DNA of 40,339 nt, from NCBI RefSeq assembly GCF_003334815.1, contig NZ_QOWO01000034.1; one strand, given 5' to 3'. Within the stretch, counting starts at the first letter, position 1; the number at the start of each line of letters is the position of its first letter. Positions 1 through 11,213 of the stretch are shown here, in pieces. Position numbers and translations under genes: made by a program. This DNA comes from Escherichia coli. GTDB taxonomy: Bacteria > Pseudomonadota > Gammaproteobacteria > Enterobacterales > Enterobacteriaceae. The notes under the pieces are model-generated. The model was given only the letters and a program-made list of their open reading frames with translations, was not told where the DNA came from and did no database searches.

Positions 1-160
1 AGCAGGGGATTGACCGGATGGCCGGACGTCACTCCGCCGGGGCACACCGAACAGGCCACGCCGGTGGGGGCACCAATGCGCACCCCGGCTGAACCCTGAA
101 CAATGCTACCGCCATACTGCGTCATGTCGCCCTGACGCGCTGCCGGTTTTCCGCTCATTT
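1..160 (-). CDS. rhsA: Rhs-family protein, N-terminal 53 codons only (gene continues beyond window start)
   Basis: Reverse complement of 1..160 translates from ATG (158..160) as MSGKPAARQGDMTQYGGSIVQGSAGVRIGAPTGVACSVCPGGVTSGHPVNPLL, the conserved Rhs N-terminus; position divergent from yibF matches the K-12 rhsA locus from memory. The specific rhs paralog is an assumption. Confidence 0.75.
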
Positions 161-385
161 CTCATCCTTGTTTTATCGGGTTATTTGTCTGCTGACAGGC
201 GAAACCCTACAGATTTATAAGAAAGCCTGAAGTGAGATATCCATCAGAGTGAAATAATTAGGAAAATATTTATATCACCATGATAAATATGTGATTTATT
301 TGGAAGTAACAAACCATCAACATTTTCTGCCCTTTTTCCCATCACCAGGCCATACTGATATTTTTCCTCGCACAAAGGACTCGGC

Positions 386-994
386 ATGAAACTCGTCGGT
401 AGCTACACCAGCCCGTTTGTACGCAAACTTTCTATTCTGTTGTTAGAAAAGGGCATAACTTTCGAATTTATTAATGAACTGCCCTATAACGCGGACAACG
501 GCGTGGCGCAATTTAACCCGTTAGGAAAAGTGCCGGTGCTGGTGACCGAAGAGGGCGAATGCTGGTTTGATTCGCCGATCATCGCTGAATATATTGAATT
601 AATGAATGTCGCTCCGGCGATGTTGCCGCGCGATCCGCTGGAGTCGTTGCGGGTGCGCAAAATTGAGGCACTGGCGGATGGCATTATGGATGCCGGGCTG
701 GTATCGGTGCGTGAACAGGCGCGTCCAGCGGCGCAGCAGTCTGAAGATGAATTGTTACGCCAGCGGGAGAAAATCAACCGCAGTCTGGATGTGCTGGAAG
801 GATATCTGGTCGATGGCACACTCAAAACCGATACGGTCAATCTGGCGACTATCGCCATTGCCTGTGCCGTCGGATATCTCAATTTCCGCCGCGTTGCGCC
901 AGGTTGGTGTGTCGACCGCCCACACTTAGTCAAACTGGTCGAAAACCTGTTTAGCCGCGAAAGTTTTGCTCGCACCGAACCGCCAAAGGCTTGA
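386..994 (+). CDS. yibF: glutathione S-transferase family protein
   Basis: 202 aa [31 protein letters not shown]..., thioredoxin-like GST N-domain pattern; recognised as YibF. Confidence 0.9.
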
Positions 995-1091
995 TGCGCG
1001 ATATGTCCTCCTGACCCATCTCACGTTACAATCCGTGGTTATGTTAAACGCCCTTCTCCGTGTGAGAGGGCCTTGATCAGCCAGGTTTCCT

Positions 1092-2483
1092 ATGACAACC
1101 GAAACGCGTTCCCTCTATAGTCAACTTCCGGCTATTGATCGCTTATTGCGCGATAGCTCCTTCCTTTCTTTGCGTGATACTTATGGTCACACCCGCGTGG
1201 TGGAATTGTTGCGTCAGATGCTCGACGAAGCGCGAGAAGTGATTCGTGGCAGCCAGACGCTGCCTGCGTGGTGTGAAAACTGGGCGCAAGAAGTCGATGC
1301 CCGGTTGACGAAAGAAGCGCAGAGCGCGCTGCGTCCGGTGATCAACCTGACGGGAACCGTGCTGCATACCAACCTTGGGCGAGCTTTACAGGCGGAAGCC
1401 GCGGTGGAAGCCGTTGCGCAGGCTATGCGTTCGCCAGTGACCCTCGAGTATGATCTGGACGACGCCGGACGCGGACATCGCGATCGGGCGCTGGCGCAGC
1501 TGCTGTGCCGTATTACGGGGGCGGAAGATGCCTGTATCGTCAATAACAATGCGGCGGCGGTGTTATTGATGTTGGCGGCCACTGCCAGCGGAAAAGAGGT
1601 GGTGGTATCTCGCGGCGAACTGGTGGAGATTGGCGGCGCGTTTCGTATTCCCGATGTTATGCGTCAGGCAGGCTGCACCCTACACGAAGTAGGGACCACC
1701 AACCGCACGCACGCGAATGATTATCGTCAGGCGGTGAATGAAAATACCGCACTGTTGATGAAAGTACATACCAGTAACTACAGCATTCAGGGGTTCACCA
1801 AAGCGATAGATGAAGCGGAACTGGTGGCGCTCGGCAAAGAGCTGGATGTTCCCGTAGTGACTGATTTAGGCAGTGGCTCGCTGGTCGATCTTAGCCAGTA
1901 CGGTTTGCCGAAAGAGCCAATGCCGCAGGAGTTGATTGCGGCGGGCGTCAGTCTGGTGAGTTTCTCCGGCGACAAGTTGTTAGGCGGGCCGCAGGCAGGA
2001 ATTATTGTTGGTAAAAAAGAGATGATCGCCCGCCTGCAAAGCCACCCGCTGAAGCGTGCATTACGCGCGGATAAAATGACCCTCGCGGCGCTGGAAGCCA
2101 CGTTGCGTCTTTATTTACACCCTGAAGCTCTGAGTGAAAAATTACCGACCCTGCGCCTGCTTACCCGCAGCGCAGAGGTCATTCAAATCCAGGCACAACG
2201 TTTACAGGCCCCCCTTGCCGCACATTACGGCGCGGAGTTTGCGGTACAGGTTATGCCATGTCTTTCGCAGATTGGCAGTGGTTCGCTGCCGGTTGATCGC
2301 CTGCCGAGCGCGGCATTAACGTTTACACCCCATGATGGACGCGGTAGCCACCTTGAGTCATTAGCCGCCCGCTGGCGTGAATTGCCAGTGCCGGTGATTG
2401 GTCGTATTTATGACGGACGATTGTGGCTGGATTTACGCTGCCTTGAAGATGAGCAACGGTTTTTGGAGATGTTGTTGAAATGA
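1092..2483 (+). CDS. selA: L-seryl-tRNA(Sec) selenium transferase (selenocysteine synthase)
   Basis: 463 aa ORF recognised as SelA; stop overlaps selB start (ATGA). Confidence 0.95.
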   Translation: MTTETRSLYSQLPAIDRLLRDSSFLSLRDTYGHTRVVELLRQMLDEAREVIRGSQTLPAWCENWAQEVDARLTKEAQSALRPVINLTGTVLHTNLGRALQAEAAVEAVAQAMRSPVTLEYDLDDAGRGHRDRALAQLLCRITGAEDACIVNNNAAAVLLMLAATASGKEVVVSRGELVEIGGAFRIPDVMRQAGCTLHEVGTTNRTHANDYRQAVNENTALLMKVHTSNYSIQGFTKAIDEAELVALGKELDVPVVTDLGSGSLVDLSQYGLPKEPMPQELIAAGVSLVSFSGDKLLGGPQAGIIVGKKEMIARLQSHPLKRALRADKMTLAALEATLRLYLHPEALSEKLPTLRLLTRSAEVIQIQAQRLQAPLAAHYGAEFAVQVMPCLSQIGSGSLPVDRLPSAALTFTPHDGRGSHLESLAARWRELPVPVIGRIYDGRLWLDLRCLEDEQRFLEMLLK

Positions 2484-4324
2484 TTATTGCGACTGCCGGA
2501 CACGTTGACCACGGCAAAACAACCTTATTGCAGGCGATTACTGGCGTAAATGCTGACCGTCTGCCGGAAGAAAAAAAGCGCGGCATGACCATCGATCTCG
2601 GCTATGCCTACTGGCCGCAGCCGGATGGTCGCGTGCCTGGTTTTATCGACGTTCCCGGTCATGAAAAGTTTCTTTCCAACATGCTGGCGGGCGTTGGTGG
2701 TATCGATCACGCGCTGTTGGTGGTGGCGTGCGATGACGGCGTGATGGCACAGACCCGTGAGCATCTGGCGATTTTGCAGCTGACCGGTAACCCGATGCTG
2801 ACAGTGGCGCTGACCAAAGCCGATCGCGTGGACGAAGCGCGTGTTGATGAGGTTGAACGCCAGGTAAAGGAGGTTCTGCGGGAATACGGTTTTGCTGAGG
2901 CAAAACTGTTTATCACCGCAGCAACCGAAGGTCGGGGAATGGATGCCCTGCGCGAGCATCTGCTTCAGTTGCCGGAACGCGAGCACGCCAGCCAACATAG
3001 TTTCCGCCTCGCGATTGACCGCGCATTTACCGTAAAAGGTGCCGGGCTGGTCGTCACCGGTACGGCGTTAAGCGGGGAAGTGAAGGTAGGCGATTCACTC
3101 TGGCTGACTGGTGTAAATAAACCGATGCGTGTACGTGCGCTGCATGCGCAAAACCAGCCAACAGAAACCGCCAATGCCGGGCAGCGTATCGCGCTTAACA
3201 TCGCGGGTGATGCGGAAAAAGAGCAGATTAACCGTGGCGACTGGCTGCTTGCCGATGTGCCGCCAGAGCCGTTCACACGGGTGATTGTCGAGCTTCAAAC
3301 CCATACACCGCTGACCCAGTGGCAGCCGCTGCATATTCACCACGCCGCCAGCCACGTCACGGGACGCGTTTCACTGCTGGAAGATAACCTTGCTGAACTG
3401 GTCTTCGACACCCCGTTATGGCTGGCAGATAACGACCGCCTGGTATTGCGCGATATCTCTGCCCGCAACACGCTGGCCGGAGCGCGCGTCGTGATGCTTA
3501 ACCCGCCGCGTCGCGGTAAACGTAAGCCGGAATATCTGCAATGGCTGGCGTCTCTTGCACGGGCGCAGAGCGATGCCGATGCGTTATCTGTTCATCTGGA
3601 ACGCGGCGCGGTTAACCTTGCGGATTTCGCCTGGGCGCGCCAGCTCAACGGCGAAGGGATGCGCGAATTGCTGCAACAGCCTGGTTATATTCAGGCTGGT
3701 TATAGCTTGTTGAATGCGCCGGTTGCCGCCCGCTGGCAGCGGAAAATTCTCGACACATTAGCGACTTATCATGAGCAACATCGCGATGAACCTGGCCCTG
3801 GGCGCGAACGTCTGCGACGTATGGCGTTGCCAATGGAAGATGAAGCGCTGGTACTGTTGCTGATTGAAAAGATGCGCGAAAGCGGCGACATCCACAGCCA
3901 TCACGGCTGGCTGCATCTGCCAGATCACAAAGCGGGCTTCAGCGAAGAGCAGCAGGCCATCTGGCAAAAAGCAGAGCCACTGTTTGGTGACGAACCGTGG
4001 TGGGTGCGTGACCTGGCAAAAGAGACGGGAACCGACGAGCAGGCAATGCGCCTGACTCTACGCCAGGCGGCGCAGCAAGGAATAATTACCGCGATCGTTA
4101 AAGATCGTTATTACCGTAACGATCGGATTGTCGAGTTTGCCAATATGATCCGCGATCTCGATCAGGAGTGTGGTTCAACCTGCGCGGCGGATTTCCGCGA
4201 TCGCTTAGGCGTAGGCCGAAAGCTGGCAATTCAGATTCTGGAATATTTTGACCGCATTGGCTTTACGCGTCGTCGTGGAAATGATCATTTATTGCGCGAC
4301 GCATTATTATTTCCGGAAAAATAA
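2480..4324 (+). CDS. selB: selenocysteine-specific translation elongation factor
   Basis: 614 aa ORF with N-terminal GTPase P-loop [11 protein letters not shown], DxxG and NKxD motifs; recognised as SelB. Confidence 0.95.
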
Positions 4325-4382
4325 GGAAATGATTAATTAAGTTTTAAAATAAATTAATACAAAATTCTTATGAATTTAAAAA

Positions 4383-4416
4383 AAGCACATTGTTTAATGA
4401 ATACAATGTGCTTTTT
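4383..4416 (+). terminator. candidate intrinsic terminator downstream of selAB (possibly bidirectional)
   Basis: Inverted repeat agcacattg ... caatgtgc with ~11 nt loop, A-run upstream and TTTTT downstream, in an AT-rich intergenic region. Confidence 0.5.
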
Positions 4417-4513
4417 ATTAGATTAATTTTGATAATCAATAATACTGATCATATTTTCGAATGAAAATCCTCAGTAAGCTGCCCGCCCTTTTTTACACTT
4501 TCAGGAGTGTGTT

Positions 4514-5665
4514 ATGGCAGCTTCAACGTTCTTTATTCCTTCTGTGAATGTCATCGGCGCTGATTCATTGACTGATGCAATGAATATGATGGCAGATTAT
4601 GGATTTACCCGTACCTTAATTGTCACTGACAATATGTTAACGAAATTAGGTATGGCGGGCGATGTGCAAAAAGCACTGGAAGAACGCAATATTTTTAGCG
4701 TTATTTATGATGGCACCCAACCTAACCCCACCACGGAAAACGTCGCCGCAGGTTTGAAATTACTTAAAGAGAATAATTGCGATAGCGTGATCTCCTTAGG
4801 CGGTGGTTCTCCACACGACTGCGCAAAAGGTATTGCGCTGGTGGCAGCCAATGGCGGCGATATTCGCGATTACGAAGGCGTTGACCGCTCTGCAAAACCG
4901 CAGCTGCCGATGATCGCCATCAATACCACGGCGGGTACGGCCTCTGAAATGACCCGTTTCTGCATCATCACTGACGAAGCGCGTCATATCAAAATGGCGA
5001 TTGTTGATAAACATGTCACTCCGCTGCTTTCTGTCAATGACTCCTCTCTGATGATTGGTATGCCGAAGTCACTGACCGCCGCAACGGGTATGGATGCCTT
5101 AACGCACGCTATCGAAGCATATGTTTCTATTGCCGCCACGCCGATCACTGACGCTTGTGCACTGAAAGCCGTGACCATGATTGCCGAAAACCTGCCGTTA
5201 GCCGTTGAAGATGGCAGTAATGCGAAAGCGCGTGAAGCAATGGCTTATGCCCAGTTCCTCGCCGGTATGGCGTTCAATAATGCTTCTCTGGGTTATGTTC
5301 ATGCGATGGCGCACCAGCTGGGCGGTTTCTACAACCTGCCACACGGTGTATGTAACGCCGTTTTGCTGCCGCACGTTCAGGTATTCAACAGCAAAGTCGC
5401 CGCTGCACGTCTGCGTGACTGTGCCGCTGCAATGGGCGTGAACGTGACAGGTAAAAACGACGCGGAAGGTGCTGAAGCCTGCATTAACGCCATCCGTGAA
5501 CTGGCGAAGAAAGTGGATATCCCGGCAGGCCTACGCGACCTGAACGTGAAAGAAGAAGATTTCGCGGTATTGGCGACTAATGCCCTGAAAGATGCCTGTG
5601 GCTTTACTAACCCGATCCAGGCAACTCACGAAGAAATTGTGGCGATTTATCGCGCAGCGATGTAA
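4514..5665 (+). CDS. yiaY: iron-containing (group III) alcohol dehydrogenase family protein
   Basis: 383 aa [22 protein letters not shown]...; GGGSPHD and metal-binding His motifs typical of Fe-ADH; recognised as YiaY. Confidence 0.9.
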
Positions 5666-5829
5666 TCATCATTTCCACAACGGCTGGCAAATTGTCAGCC
5701 GCTTTTTCAACTATCTCTGTAACCCTTGCCCGTAAATTCGTGATAGCTGTCGTAAAGCTGTTACCGACTGGCGAAGATTTCGCCAGTCACGTCTACCCTT
5801 GTTATACCTCACACCGCAAGGAGACGATC

Positions 5830-7368
5830 ATGACCAATAATCCCCCTTCAGCACAGATTAAGCCCGGCGAGTATGGTTTCCCCCTCAAGTTAAAAGCCCG
5901 CTATGACAACTTTATTGGCGGCGAATGGGTAGCCCCTGCCGACGGCGAGTATTACCAGAATCTGACGCCGGTGACCGGGCAGCTGCTGTGCGAAGTGGCG
6001 TCTTCGGGCAAACGAGACATCGATCTGGCGCTGGATGCTGCGCACAAAGTGAAAGATAAATGGGCGCACACCTCGGTGCAGGATCGTGCGGCGATTCTGT
6101 TTAAGATTGCCGATCGAATGGAACAAAACCTCGAGCTGTTAGCGACAGCTGAAACCTGGGATAACGGCAAACCCATTCGCGAAACCAGTGCTGCGGATGT
6201 ACCGCTGGCGATTGACCATTTCCGCTATTTCGCCTCGTGTATTCGGGCGCAGGAAGGTGGGATCAGTGAAGTTGATAGCGAAACCGTGGCCTATCATTTC
6301 CATGAACCGTTAGGCGTGGTGGGGCAGATTATCCCGTGGAACTTCCCGCTGCTGATGGCGAGCTGGAAAATGGCTCCCGCGCTGGCGGCGGGCAACTGTG
6401 TGGTGCTGAAACCCGCACGTCTTACCCCGCTTTCTGTACTGCTGCTAATGGAAATTGTCGGTGATTTACTGCCGCCGGGCGTGGTGAACGTGGTCAATGG
6501 CGCAGGTGGGGTAATTGGCGAATATCTGGCGACCTCGAAACGCATCGCCAAAGTGGCGTTTACCGGCTCAACGGAAGTGGGCCAACAAATTATGCAATAC
6601 GCAACGCAAAACATTATTCCGGTGACGCTGGAGTTGGGCGGTAAGTCGCCAAATATCTTCTTTGCTGATGTGATGGATGAAGAAGATGCCTTTTTCGATA
6701 AAGCGCTGGAAGGCTTTGCACTGTTTGCCTTTAACCAGGGCGAAGTTTGCACCTGTCCGAGTCGTGCTTTAGTGCAGGAATCTATCTACGAACGCTTTAT
6801 GGAACGCGCCATCCGCCGTGTCGAAAGCATTCGTAGCGGTAACCCGCTCGACAGCGTGACGCAAATGGGCGCGCAGGTTTCTCACGGGCAACTGGAAACC
6901 ATCCTCAACTACATTGATATCGGTAAAAAAGAGGGCGCTGACGTGCTCACAGGCGGGCGGCGCAAGCTGCTGGAAGGTGAACTGAAAGACGGCTACTACC
7001 TCGAACCGACGATTCTGTTTGGTCAGAACAATATGCGGGTGTTCCAGGAGGAGATTTTTGGCCCGGTGCTGGCGGTGACCACCTTCAAAACGATGGAAGA
7101 AGCGCTGGAGCTGGCGAACGATACGCAATATGGCCTGGGCGCGGGCGTCTGGAGCCGCAACGGTAATCTGGCCTATAAGATGGGGCGCGGCATACAGGCT
7201 GGGCGCGTGTGGACCAACTGTTATCACGCTTACCCGGCACATGCGGCGTTTGGTGGCTACAAACAATCAGGTATCGGTCGCGAAACCCACAAGATGATGC
7301 TGGAGCATTACCAGCAAACCAAGTGCCTGCTGGTGAGCTACTCGGATAAACCGTTGGGGCTGTTCTGA
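5830..7368 (+). CDS. aldB: aldehyde dehydrogenase B
   Basis: Track ORF 5692..7368 trimmed to ATG at 5830 ([15 protein letters not shown]...) preceded by aaggag RBS; gives the expected 512 aa; ALDH motifs (ELGGKSP, catalytic Cys region). Confidence 0.9.
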   Translation: MTNNPPSAQIKPGEYGFPLKLKARYDNFIGGEWVAPADGEYYQNLTPVTGQLLCEVASSGKRDIDLALDAAHKVKDKWAHTSVQDRAAILFKIADRMEQNLELLATAETWDNGKPIRETSAADVPLAIDHFRYFASCIRAQEGGISEVDSETVAYHFHEPLGVVGQIIPWNFPLLMASWKMAPALAAGNCVVLKPARLTPLSVLLLMEIVGDLLPPGVVNVVNGAGGVIGEYLATSKRIAKVAFTGSTEVGQQIMQYATQNIIPVTLELGGKSPNIFFADVMDEEDAFFDKALEGFALFAFNQGEVCTCPSRALVQESIYERFMERAIRRVESIRSGNPLDSVTQMGAQVSHGQLETILNYIDIGKKEGADVLTGGRRKLLEGELKDGYYLEPTILFGQNNMRVFQEEIFGPVLAVTTFKTMEEALELANDTQYGLGAGVWSRNGNLAYKMGRGIQAGRVWTNCYHAYPAHAAFGGYKQSGIGRETHKMMLEHYQQTKCLLVSYSDKPLGLF

Positions 7369-7409
7369 TATAAGAAGCTGGTCGCATTGGGTATTCATTG
7401 CCTGATGCG

Positions 7410-7492
7410 ACGCTTACGCGTCTTATCATGCCTACGGGAACCTGACCGTAGGCCGGATAAGGCGTACACGCCGCATCCGGCATAAACAAAGC
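7410..7492. repeat. REP/BIME element (two inverted REP units)
   Basis: gcctgatgcgacgcttacgcgtcttatcatgcctac and gtaggccggataaggcgtacacgccgcatccggca resemble the E. coli REP consensus in opposite orientations immediately 3' of aldB. Confidence 0.6.
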
Positions 7493-7912
7493 GCACGTTG
7501 TTACAATTTACGTTTTAAACCTACGTGCGCAATAACCCAGACTACGCCAACAGAAGTACGTTTCTGGGGCGTGTTTTGTCAGGAGTTTAATCTCGCGTTT
7601 CGATGGTGAGCGGGCGAACCAGGCCGTAAATCACCATTGGTGATCCGAGGCCAATCAGCAATAAACGGTAGATAATTGAAGGTTTAATACGCTTAATCTG
7701 TACTGTGGATGTTTTACTGGAGTTATTCATTAGTTTGGCCAATAGTTCCACTATTTCAATATGATAAACCTCGTCCTGTTGAAAAACCAGACAGCACATT
7801 TAAGAAAGTATATAAAAAACAATATGTCGTTATATAAATAAGGAAATTGCACTGCATCATGGCATTTCATAATATGCGTTAATTGTTCTTTTTTATATTC
7901 TTTGAGGGAAAT

Positions 7913-8236
7913 ATGTTCCTGGACTATTTTGCACTGGGAGTGCTTATTTTTGTATTTCTGGTGATCTTCTATGGGATCATTATTTTACATGATATTCCCT
8001 ACCTGATTGCCAAAAAACGTAATCATCCTCATGCCGACGCCATTCATGTTGCTGGTTGGGTGAGTCTTTTTACGTTACATGTTATCTGGCCGTTTTTGTG
8101 GATTTGGGCCACGCTTTACCGCCCGGAGCGGGGATGGGGAATGCAAAGCCATGATTCATCCGTTATGCAACTGCAACAGCGCATTGCCGGGCTGGAGAAA
8201 CAGCTCGCCGACATCAAATCCTCTTCTGCCGAGTAA
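7913..8236 (+). CDS. yiaW: small inner-membrane protein (DUF3302 family) with C-terminal coiled-coil
   Basis: Track ORF trimmed to ATG at 7913 after gaggga RBS, giving 107 aa [17 protein letters not shown]...; two hydrophobic helices then [18 protein letters not shown]. Confidence 0.8.
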
Positions 8237-8241
8237 TACTT

Positions 8242-9378
8242 ATGGATTTACTGATTATTTTGACCTATGTGGCTTTTGCATGGGCAATGTTTAAGATCTT
8301 CAAAATTCCCGTAAATAAATGGACCATTCCCACAGCGGCCCTGGGTGGAATATTTATTGTCAGCGGTCTAATTCTGTTAATGAACTATAACCATCCGTAT
8401 ACCTTTAAAGCGCAAAAAGCGGTTATTTCTATTCCTGTTGTCCCACAGGTGACTGGTGTGGTGATTGAAGTGACGGATAAGAAAAATACGCTGATTAAAA
8501 AAGGTGAGGTGCTATTTCGACTGGACCCGACGCGTTATCAGGCGCGGGTGGATCGGCTGATGGCGGATATCGTTACCGCAGAACATAAACAGCGGGCGTT
8601 GGGCGCAGAGTTAGATGAGATGGCGGCGAATACTCAGCAGGCAAAGGCCACGCGGGATAAATTCGCTAAAGAGTATCAGCGTTACGCACGTGGCAGCCAG
8701 GCGAAAGTAAACCCGTTTTCAGAACGCGATATCGATGTGGCGCGGCAAAATTATCTGGCGCAGGAAGCCTCCGTGAAGTCATCGGCGGCGGAACAAAAAC
8801 AGATCCAGAGCCAGCTGGATAGCCTGGTGTTGGGTGAACATTCTCAAATCGCCAGCCTGAAAGCACAGCTCGCGGAAGCAAAATATAACCTTGAGCAGAC
8901 GATAGTGCGTGCGCCGAGCGATGGTTATGTGACCCAGGTACTGATTCGTCCGGGTACCTATGCCGCGTCGCTGCCGCTACGTCCGGTGATGGTGTTTATA
9001 CCCGATCAGAAACGACAAATCGTGGCGCAGTTCCGTCAGAACTCCTTGCTGCGACTGGCTCCTGGCGACGATGCGGAAGTGGTGTTTAATGCTCTGCCAG
9101 GTAAGGTATTCAGCGGTAAGCTGGCAGCCATTAGTCCAGCCGTTCCCGGCGGAGCTTATCAGTCGACCGGCACCTTACAGACGTTAAACACAGCGCCGGG
9201 TTCAGATGGCGTTATCGCGACCATTGAACTGGATGAGCACACTGATTTGAGCGCTTTACCAGACGGTATTTACGCCCAGGTGGCGGTTTACTCTGATCAT
9301 TTCAGCCATGTCTCGGTGATGCGCAAAGTGCTATTACGCATGACCAGCTGGGTGCATTACCTTTATCTCGATCATTAA
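8242..9378 (+). CDS. yiaV: membrane-fusion (periplasmic adaptor, HlyD-like) family protein
   Basis: 378 aa; N-terminal TM segment, long coiled-coil-like central region, C-terminal beta-rich region; 5 bp after yiaW stop, implying co-transcription. Confidence 0.85.
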
Positions 9379-10349
9379 TCTTCGCTTTCCGCCGCTTGTT
9401 CAGGCCGCAGTTGCTGCGACTGAGCAAGCTGGTGGCGAATTTCACGCAGCATTTCATCCAGCACATACTGGACCCGCCAGGGCTGGTATTCCCGTTTACG
9501 GAAGATAGCCACCAGATCCAGCCACCATTCATAGGGTTGCTGAAAGCAGGGCACCAGCGTGCCGTCTTGCAGGTCGCTCTGCACACTTTTGTCTGGCGCA
9601 AACACAATCCCCAGGTGATTTCGTGCCAGCTCCAGCGCAGATTGCGTGTTGTCGCAAACGTAATTTCCCTTCACGCGATAATCCCGCACCTCTTTACTCC
9701 CGGCGACGTTGAAGCGCCAGATATTCGCGTCGTCGATCATCATCGAGTCGATCAAAATACAGGAGTGATGTTCGAGTTCGTCAGGACGGCTAATGGGATG
9801 TTTCTCAAGATAGCGCTGGCTGGCATAAGCGGTTACGGCATATTGGGTAATAAAACTGGCAACCAGCGATTCATCTTTTGGTGGAGCGTAGCTGATTAAA
9901 ACATCACAATCATCAGGAAATTCGACGCCTTCATAAAAGGCATTACGCTCAAGATTGCAGGTTTTTAGCGATAAGGTGATATCACCGATATCTTTAATTT
10001 TATCGATTACATGTTTGGATAAATAGGTAATTATGCCGGTTGGGGCGTAGATGGTGACCCGACCACGTTTCTCATGCTTATAATCTGCAATAAAATTATT
10101 AAGTTGCTCGTTTCTGTCCAGCATGTCGTTGATGTACGGTAACAGCGCGGTGCCAAAAGGTGTGAGCATCAGCTGCCGGGTGGTTCGGTCAAAGACTTTT
10201 AAACCCACTTTTGATTCAAAATCAGCAAGATATTTGCTGACGTTGGCCTGTGCGATGCCAAGTACAGTCGCGGCATGGCTGATATTTTCACTGGCAGCGA
10301 TTACCGAGATAATTTTTAACTCCCGGTACTTAAGTTGTAATTTTGTCAT
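9375..10349 (-). CDS. yiaU: LysR-family transcriptional regulator
   Basis: 324 aa; N-terminal HTH ([32 protein letters not shown]) typical of LysR-type regulators; convergent with yiaV, divergent from yiaT. Confidence 0.9.
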
Positions 10350-10472
10350 CGCAACAGCCCAATTATATATAATTTTATATATTACTATATAAATATGAAT
10401 CTTGCACCGGAGAAATTGTAAGCATTATTATGCCGACTCTTTTTTATCTTATTTTAAAATGGAATACCGGAC

Positions 10473-11213
10473 ATGTTAATTAATCGCAATATTGTGGCGT
10501 TATTTGCGTTGCCTTTTATGGCAAGCGCAACTGCTTCTGAATTATCCATTGGTGCTGGTGCGGCTTATAATGAATCGCCTAATCGCGGTTATAATGAAAA
10601 TACGAAGGCAATTCCGCTGATTAGTTATGAAGGTGATACTTTTTATGTTCGTCAGACCACGTTAGGTTTTATTCTGTCGCAAAGTGAAAAAAATGAACTT
10701 AGCCTGACCGCATCCTGGATGCCGCTGGAATTTGACCCTACCGATAATGACGATTATGCCATGCAACAGCTTGATAAGCGTGATAGTACGGCTATGGCGG
10801 GGGTTGCCTGGTATCACCACGAGCGTTGGGGAACCGTGAAAGCCTCTGCAGCTGCGGACGTTCTGGATAACAGCAACGGCTGGGTGGGGGAGCTATCGGT
10901 ATTCCACAAAATGCAGATAGGTCGTCTGTCGCTGACACCTGCGCTGGGCGTTCTCTATTATGACGAGAATTTCAGTGACTATTACTATGGCATTTCAGAG
11001 AGTGAGTCCCGTCGTAGCGGTCTGGCAAGTTATTCCGCGCAGGATGCCTGGGTGCCCTATGTCAGCCTGACGGCAAAATACCCGATAGGAGAGCACGTCG
11101 TATTGATGGCGAGCGCAGGATACAGCGAGCTGCCGGAAGAGATTACCGACAGCCCGATGATTGATCGTAATGAGAGTTTTACCTTTGTCACCGGGGTGAG
11201 CTGGCGTTTTTAA
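10473..11213 (+). CDS. yiaT: MipA/OmpV-family outer-membrane protein
   Basis: 246 aa with signal peptide MLINRNIVALFALPFMASATA and C-terminal aromatic residue (..SWRF) typical of beta-barrel OMPs; recognised as YiaT. Confidence 0.85.
   Translation: MLINRNIVALFALPFMASATASELSIGAGAAYNESPNRGYNENTKAIPLISYEGDTFYVRQTTLGFILSQSEKNELSLTASWMPLEFDPTDNDDYAMQQLDKRDSTAMAGVAWYHHERWGTVKASAAADVLDNSNGWVGELSVFHKMQIGRLSLTPALGVLYYDENFSDYYYGISESESRRSGLASYSAQDAWVPYVSLTAKYPIGEHVVLMASAGYSELPEEITDSPMIDRNESFTFVTGVSWRF

Noticed and set aside
484-975. 163 aa minus-strand ORF and 107 aa plus-strand alternate-frame ORF inside yibF
   Set aside because: Nested in other frames of a recognised gene; Arg/Ser-rich low-complexity translations.
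2525-4055. Multiple 60-160 aa ORFs in alternative frames within selB
   Set aside because: All lie inside the recognised selB frame; no RBS or conservation argument.
7587-7799. 70 aa minus-strand ORF (MCCLVFQQDEVYHIEIVELLAKLMNN...) in the aldB-yiaW spacer with a hydrophobic C-terminal half
   Set aside because: No Shine-Dalgarno sequence upstream of the ATG; lies in the AT-rich yiaW promoter region where chance ORFs are common; I do not recognise it as any known protein. Could only be rescued by ribosome-profiling evidence.
10995-11213. Portion of the minus-strand 157 aa ORF that overlaps yiaT
   Set aside because: Antisense to yiaT coding sequence; only the intergenic part (11214..11468) is kept, as a possible pseudogene remnant.
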